From Macrostomum lignano (lineage: Eukaryota): a DNA stretch of 64,000 nucleotides. Where the stretch lies: the NCBI GenBank assembly GCA_002269645.1, contig NIVC01000730.1:186001-250000 (forward strand), read 5' to 3'. Positions 58,979 through 64,000 of this stretch are shown one piece after another. The notes below the pieces were generated by a model, which ran no database searches, was not told the origin of the DNA, and saw only the letters and a program-made list of their open reading frames with translations. The translations under genes were made by a program, and so were the position numbers. Numbering within the stretch: the stretch's first letter is position 1; every line of letters starts with the position of its first letter.

Positions 58979-59224
58979 CTGCAGCTTGAGTTTGAGCACC
59001 AGCTCAACCAGCAGGCCTGGCTCACAATCCTGGAAGATCGCCACCCTCTTCAGCGTGTCAAAGTGCACGTGGATGGCGATCTCAGCCTTGAGTTTGTCTG
59101 GCAGGGTGCCCAGAATTCTTTCTTCGTCCAGCGATTGCTTGTTGGTCCACAGGTAGTCGAACCAGCGGATTACGCGGCGTTCGAGCTCGCGACCTACCTT
59201 ACGAAACTCCATGTAGCGTTTTAC
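58979..59224 (-). CDS. CNGA: CNG alpha subunit exon (C-linker)
   Basis: [10 protein letters not shown]...[42 protein letters not shown]; CCCAG| and CAG|GTGAGG, 246 nt, phase 0/0. Confidence 0.95.
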
Positions 59225-59259
59225 CTGGGAGAGCACGCGGATTTGCGTGTATAGTTACT

Positions 59260-59510
59260 GTATCTTGCCAACAACTGTAATCTACCAGTGTTCTACACTT
59301 TAATCTACTGTTATTCTACAATGTAAACTACCATTTTTCTACAATGTAATCTACCATTATTCTAAAATGCAATCGGCTATTGTGATTTAACCTTTTTTTA
59401 CATTGTAGTCTACCATTCTTATCCAATGTAATCTACCATTGTTCTACATTGTAATGAACCAATATTCTACATTTAATCCACTACTAATCTACATTGTAAT
59501 CTACCATTTG
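59260..59510. repeat. Degenerate ~22-bp intronic repeat (TGTAATCTACCATTGTTCTACA)
   Basis: TAATCTACCA(T/G)T recurs. Confidence 0.65.
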
Positions 59511-59545
59511 GCAGCTTATAATCCACCCTCAGCCTCCGATCTCAC

Positions 59546-60177
59546 CCCATCCATCCGCATCTGGAACTCGGTCCTCGCCGCATTCATATTGGTGATCATT
59601 GAACCAACATTTCCAACCACCACTGCGAAGATGAGCACACCAACTAGAAAGTCCACGGTCATGAAGGCGTACTCGAAATCTGTCACCGGCCTTGGCACAT
59701 CGCCAATAGTTGTTAAAATCATAGTGGACCAGAAAAATGAGTAGATGTACTTTCTAGACAGGTTGTCCCATATGCTTGTGTAGTTGTACGGCTCGGTGTT
59801 CGCCAGGGCGATGAGGTTGTCGGGTCTTGGCGGGTACGTCCACGAGTCCCGGCCCAGGCCCAGCACCAGGCAGATGGAGAAGTAGATGCAACCGTTCCAG
59901 TGCACCACCACCAGCAGGATCAGGATGAGGTTGCTGATCCGGAACAGGTTGGGATAATTGGTTCGAGTCTCCGTTCTATCGATGAACTCCTGCAGTCTGA
60001 GGCATTTGATCAGCCGGTTGATTCTGACGTAGGTGCCAACGATGCCGATCTGGGGCACGAAGTAAAGTACATCGGTGGGGAACAGACAGGCCAAGTCCAG
60101 CTTGAACCCAGCTGACTGCATGTACACCTGGCGGAGGCGGGGCAGGTCTCTGACCAGCAGGCCCTGCTCGAGGAAGC
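59546..60177 (-). CDS. CNGA: CNG alpha subunit exon (S3-S6 and pore)
   Basis: GFLEQGLLV...RINRLIK...HWNGCIYF...[14 protein letters not shown]...[24 protein letters not shown]; phase 1/0. Confidence 0.95.
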
Positions 60178-60209
60178 CTGGGATGATAAATGTTTGGGAA
60201 ATTTTTATT

Positions 60210-60715
60210 CATTTCAAATTGCATTTGGGATTTCAGATTGCATTTGGGATTTCAGATTGCATTTGGGATTTCAAATTGAATTTGGGATTTCAGATTGCAT
60301 TTGGGATTTCAGATTGAATTTGGGATTTCAGATTGAATTTGGGATTTCAGACTGATTTGGGATTTCAGATTGAATTTGGGATTTCAGATTGAATTTGGGA
60401 TTTCTGATTGAATGTGGGATTTCAGACTGATTTGGGATTTCTGATTGAATGTGGGATTTCAGATTGAATTTGGGATTTCAGATTGAATTTGGGATTTCAG
60501 ATTGCATTTGGGATTTCAGATTGAATTTGGGATTTCAGATTGAATTTGGGATTTCAGATTGAATTTGGGATTTCTGATTGAATGTGGGATTTCAGATTGC
60601 ATTTGGGATTTCAGATTGAATTTGGGATTTCAGATTGAATTTGGGATTTCAGATTGAATTTGGGATTTTTTTATTGAATTTGGGATTTCAGATTGAATTT
60701 GGGATTTCAGATTTC
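60210..60715. repeat. 19-bp intronic minisatellite (TTTGGGATTTCAGATTGAA)
   Basis: About 26 units. Confidence 0.95.
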
Positions 60716-60772
60716 AAAAGGTGAGTCTTGACAACTCAGCAATTCCCCCCATGAGCGGAGTACATCATGTAC

Positions 60773-60987
60773 CTTTCCTAGAACCGATAAACACGTCCAC
60801 AGCGTACACAGCATCCGCCGCATAGTCTAGCAGGAACCAGGGCCATATCGGGTACTCCTCCTGAATCTGTGTGAACGCCGACCTCATCACAATGAATATC
60901 AGGTTGTAGCAGGCGGCCACGGACAGCACGGCCAGCCAGCGGTAGTAAAACGGCTGCGACACGTCCACCACAAACTCCTTGGCGATG
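60773..60987 (-). CDS. CNGA: CNG alpha subunit exon (S1-S2)
   Basis: EFVVDVSQPFYYRWLAVLSVAACYNLIFIVMRSAF...DYAADAVYAVDVFIGSRKG; phase 2/1. Confidence 0.92.
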
Positions 60988-61124
60988 CTGACGGCATGGG
61001 GTGGGGGTTGGGCGATGGTACAAGAGATTCGATGAACAACTTTGGGCATTGGGACAATTTTCAGGCCTCTCTCTGAAGCTTTTTGTGACTGCAGTTTCCA
61101 AATTTACTACAACTGAGTAGCTGA

Positions 61125-61455
61125 AGCTGAAGCCTCATTCCCTGAAGCCTCATTCCCTGAAGCCCAATACCCTGAAGCCTCATTCCCTGAAGCCTCATTC
61201 CCTGAAGCCCAATACCCTGAAGCCTCATTCCCTGAAGCCTAATTCCCTGAAGCCTAATTCCCTGAAGCCTCATTCCCTGAAGCCTCATTCCCTGAAGCCT
61301 AATTCCCTGAAGCCTCATTCCCTGAAGCCTCATTCCCTGAAGCCTAATTCCCTGAAGCCTCATTCCTTGAAGCCTCATTCCCTGAGGCCTCATTCCCTGA
61401 AGCCTCATTCCCTGAGGCCTCATTCCCTAAAGCTTCATTCCCTGAAGCCCTATTC
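61125..61455. repeat. 15-bp intronic minisatellite (CCTGAAGCCTCATTC)
   Basis: About 22 units. Confidence 0.95.
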
Positions 61456-61459
61456 CCTT

Positions 61460-61771
61460 AGTTCTCTCAGCCGCAGACCCTGAAGGTTCAGAGTCTCAGC
61501 TCCAGTTCTCTCAGCCGCAGACTCTGAAGGTTCAGAGTCTCAGCTCCAGTTCTCTCAGCCGCAGACCCTGAAGGTTCAGAGTCTCAGCTCCAGTTCTTTC
61601 AGCCGCAGACCCTGAAGGTTCAGAGTCTCAGCTCCAGTTCTTTCAGCCGCAGACCCTGAAGGTTCAGAGTCTCAGCTCCAGTTCTCTCAGCCGCAGACCC
61701 TGAAGGTTCAGAGTCTCAGCTCCAGTTCTCTCAGCCGCAGACCCTGAAGGTTCAGAGTCTCAGCTCCAGTT
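61460..61771. repeat. 44-bp intronic minisatellite
   Basis: CTCTCAGCCGCAGACCCTGAAGGTTCAGAGTCTCAGCTCCAGTT, 7 units, ending next to the donor site. Confidence 0.95.
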
Positions 61772-61778
61772 CACTCAC

Positions 61779-62059
61779 TACCGCATCCTCAGCCGGATTC
61801 GCTCGGCCAGTCGCGGTTTTTCCCCGGTTTCCCCGGCAGCTTCGCCTCCCGGATCCGGCATCGCCCCGGCGCCGATGCCCAGCTTCACCAGGAACGAGTC
61901 CCTGCGCTTGTCGTGCTGTCTCTGCCTCTGGCGCTCCTCCTCCTCCTCCGCCTGCTGCTGCTGGCGCTGCTGTTGAAGGTCCTGAGTTCGATTGCTCAAA
62001 CGACGCGAGCCGAGCTCCTCGGCGCTGACCCCGGCCCGGTGGATCCAGCGGTGCAGCGA
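61779..62059 (-). CDS. CNGA: CNG alpha subunit N-terminal exon (most 5' exon found; start codon not located)
   Basis: SLHRWIHR...RRDSFLVKL resembles the CNGA N-terminal RxDSFL motif. Pyrimidine-rich acceptor AATTCCAG|; donor GTGAGT at 61778 (alternative GT at 61781), phase 2. Confidence 0.7.
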
Positions 62060-62316
62060 CTGGAATTGATGAGGCGAGCAAAGACAAGCAGATTCAGCTG
62101 GCTGGTTAAATATACAACTGGAGAGACAGTGGCGGAGTGGGGTGCAGGGTTGAGGTGTTTTTGTTCGTCTCGGTTGATTGTTGAGATCTTTCTTGCACGG
62201 GCAGCTTTTGCTGAGGTAATTAGTCAGGTGATTTGGATTCGTGCTCTTTCCGATGCAGTCGCGTTTTTATGGTAGCAATTAAATAGTTGTGCGGCTCTAG
62301 TTGGGCGCCCATTTTT

Positions 62317-62760
62317 CTGTTGCTAGGAGCCGATTTTATCTGTTGCTAGGGGGCGATTTTATCTGTTGCTAGGGGGGCGATTTTATCTGTTGCTAGGGCA
62401 GCGATTTTATCTGTTGCTAGGGCAGCGATTTTATCTGTTGCTAGGGAGGCGATTTTATCTGTTGCTAAGGGAGCGATTTTATCTGTTGCTAGGGGAGCGA
62501 TTTTATCTGTTGCTAGGGGAGCGATTTTATCTGTTGCTAGGTGAGCGATTTTATCTGTTGCTAGGGGGGCGATTTTATCTGTTGCTAAGGGAGCGATTTT
62601 ATCTGTTGCTAGGGGAGCGATTTTATCTGTTGCTAGGGGAGCGATTTTATCTGTTGCTAGGGAGGCGATTTTATCTGTTGCTAGGGGGGCGATTTTATCT
62701 GTTGCTAAGGGAGCCGATTTTATCTGTTGCTAGGGGGGCGATTTTATCTGTTGCTAGGGA
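62317..62760. repeat. 24-bp minisatellite (GCGATTTTATCTGTTGCTAGGGGG), about 19 units
   Basis: Direct tandem repeat; each unit carries GTTGCTAGG or GTTGCTAAGG. Confidence 0.95.
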
Positions 62761-62894
62761 CGCCGAGTTTATTTGTTTCTAGGGCTTTGGATTTTCCTGT
62801 TGCCAGGACACCATTATGGTGCTACGAAAGCTAATTTGGTTGCTAAGGTCGTTCTGCAGGGTTGCTAAGGGTTCAGGGACACCTCAGGATGAGA

Positions 62895-63909
62895 ATACTT
62901 CAGGGTGTGGATACTTCAGGGTGTGGATACTTCAGGGTGTGGATACTTCAGGGTGTGGATACTTCAGAGTGTGGATACTTCAGGGTGTGGATACTTCAGA
63001 GTGTGGATACTTCAGGGTGTGGATACTTCAGAGTGTGGATACTTCAGGGTGTGGATACTTCAAAGTGTGGATACTTCAGGGTGTGGATACTTCAGGGTGT
63101 GGATACTTCAGGGTGTGGATACTTCAGGGTGTGGATACTTCAGGGTGTGGATACTTCAGGGTGTGGATACTTCAGGGTGTGGATACTTCAGGATGTGGAT
63201 ACTTCAGGGTGTGGATACTTCAGGGTGTGGATACTTCAGGGTGTGGATACTTCAGGGTGTGGATACTTCAGGGTGTGGATACTTCAGGGTGTGGATACTT
63301 CAGGGTGTGGATACTTCAGGGTACGGATACTTCAGGGTGTGGATACTTCAGAGTGTGGATACTTCAGGGTGTGGATACTTCAGGGTGTGGATACTTCAGG
63401 GTGTGGATACTTCAGGGTGTGGATACTTCAGGGTGTGGATACTTCAGGGTGTGGATACTTCAGGGTGTGGATACTTCAGGGTGTGGATACTTCAGGGTGT
63501 GGATACTTCAGGGTGTGGATACTTCAGGGTGTGGATACTTCAGGGTGTGGATACTTCAGGGTGTGGATACTTCAGGGTGTGGATACTTCAGGATGTGGAT
63601 ACTTCAGGGTGTGGATACTTCAGGGTGTGGATACTTCAGGGTGTGGATACTTCAGGGTGTGGATACTTCAGGGTGTGGATACTTCAGGGTGTGGATACTT
63701 CAGGGTGTGGATACTTCAGGGTGTGGATACTTCAGGGTGTGGATACTTCAGGGTGTGGATACTTCAGGATGTGGATACTTCAGGGTGTGGATACTTCAGG
63801 GTGTGGATACTTCAGGGTGTGGATACTTCAGGGTGTGGATACTTCAGAGTGTGGATACTTCAGGGTGTGGATACTTCAGGGTGTGGATACTTCAGAGTGT
63901 GGATACTTC
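62895..63909. repeat. 16-bp minisatellite (GGATACTTCAGGGTGT), about 63 units
   Basis: Period 16; stop-free in three frames, which explains the long repetitive ORFs. Confidence 0.97.
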
Positions 63910-64000
63910 TGCTTATTTTTTTAGTAATTGATAGCACGATCAGTTGCTCTTCCAGAGCATGAAAAGCAGATTGTTCCGGTCAAGCAGAAACCAACAGCTG

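Noticed and set aside
62816-63962. Three long ORFs of 339-371 aa (GCGYFRVWILQGVDTS repeats)
   Set aside because: A stop-free 16-bp minisatellite read in three frames, antisense in a CNG intron. The same applies to the ORFs over the 28-, 50-, 40-, 25-, 20-, 15- and 24-bp arrays.

Overview
Animal (eukaryotic) genomic DNA, not prokaryotic. It has GT-AG spliced genes, (TTAGGG)n tracts and a minisatellite in almost every intron. GC-rich exons in an AT-rich, minisatellite-saturated background resemble the flatworm Macrostomum, but this is inference only. The left 39 kb is mobile and decayed DNA: a SAP-domain ORF running off the left edge (missed by the ORF track), a frameshifted KDM3/JMJD1 JmjC exon fragment, and a large non-autonomous composite Helitron on the minus strand. 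The Helitron has hairpin+CTAG 3' ends, TC 5' ends and exact CTAG|TC head-to-tail junctions. It carries a 23-bp satellite, telomeric repeats, other minisatellites and tRNA-like Pol III cassettes. An internal 8.9-kb segment of it is triplicated, with an identical (ATT)n filler at both junctions. A roughly 3-kb block almost devoid of CpG follows. The right 25 kb holds four co-oriented + strand coding units: an F-box/LRR gene, a long single-exon NDUFV3, a PX-domain exon with no start codon of its own, and a GALNT11-like gene apparently lacking its lectin domain. It also holds a hAT MITE, a foldback element with 615-bp TIRs and a convergent CNGA-type channel gene whose 5' end is not seen. All calls were made by eye, with no database searches. 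Edges of repeat arrays are approximate.
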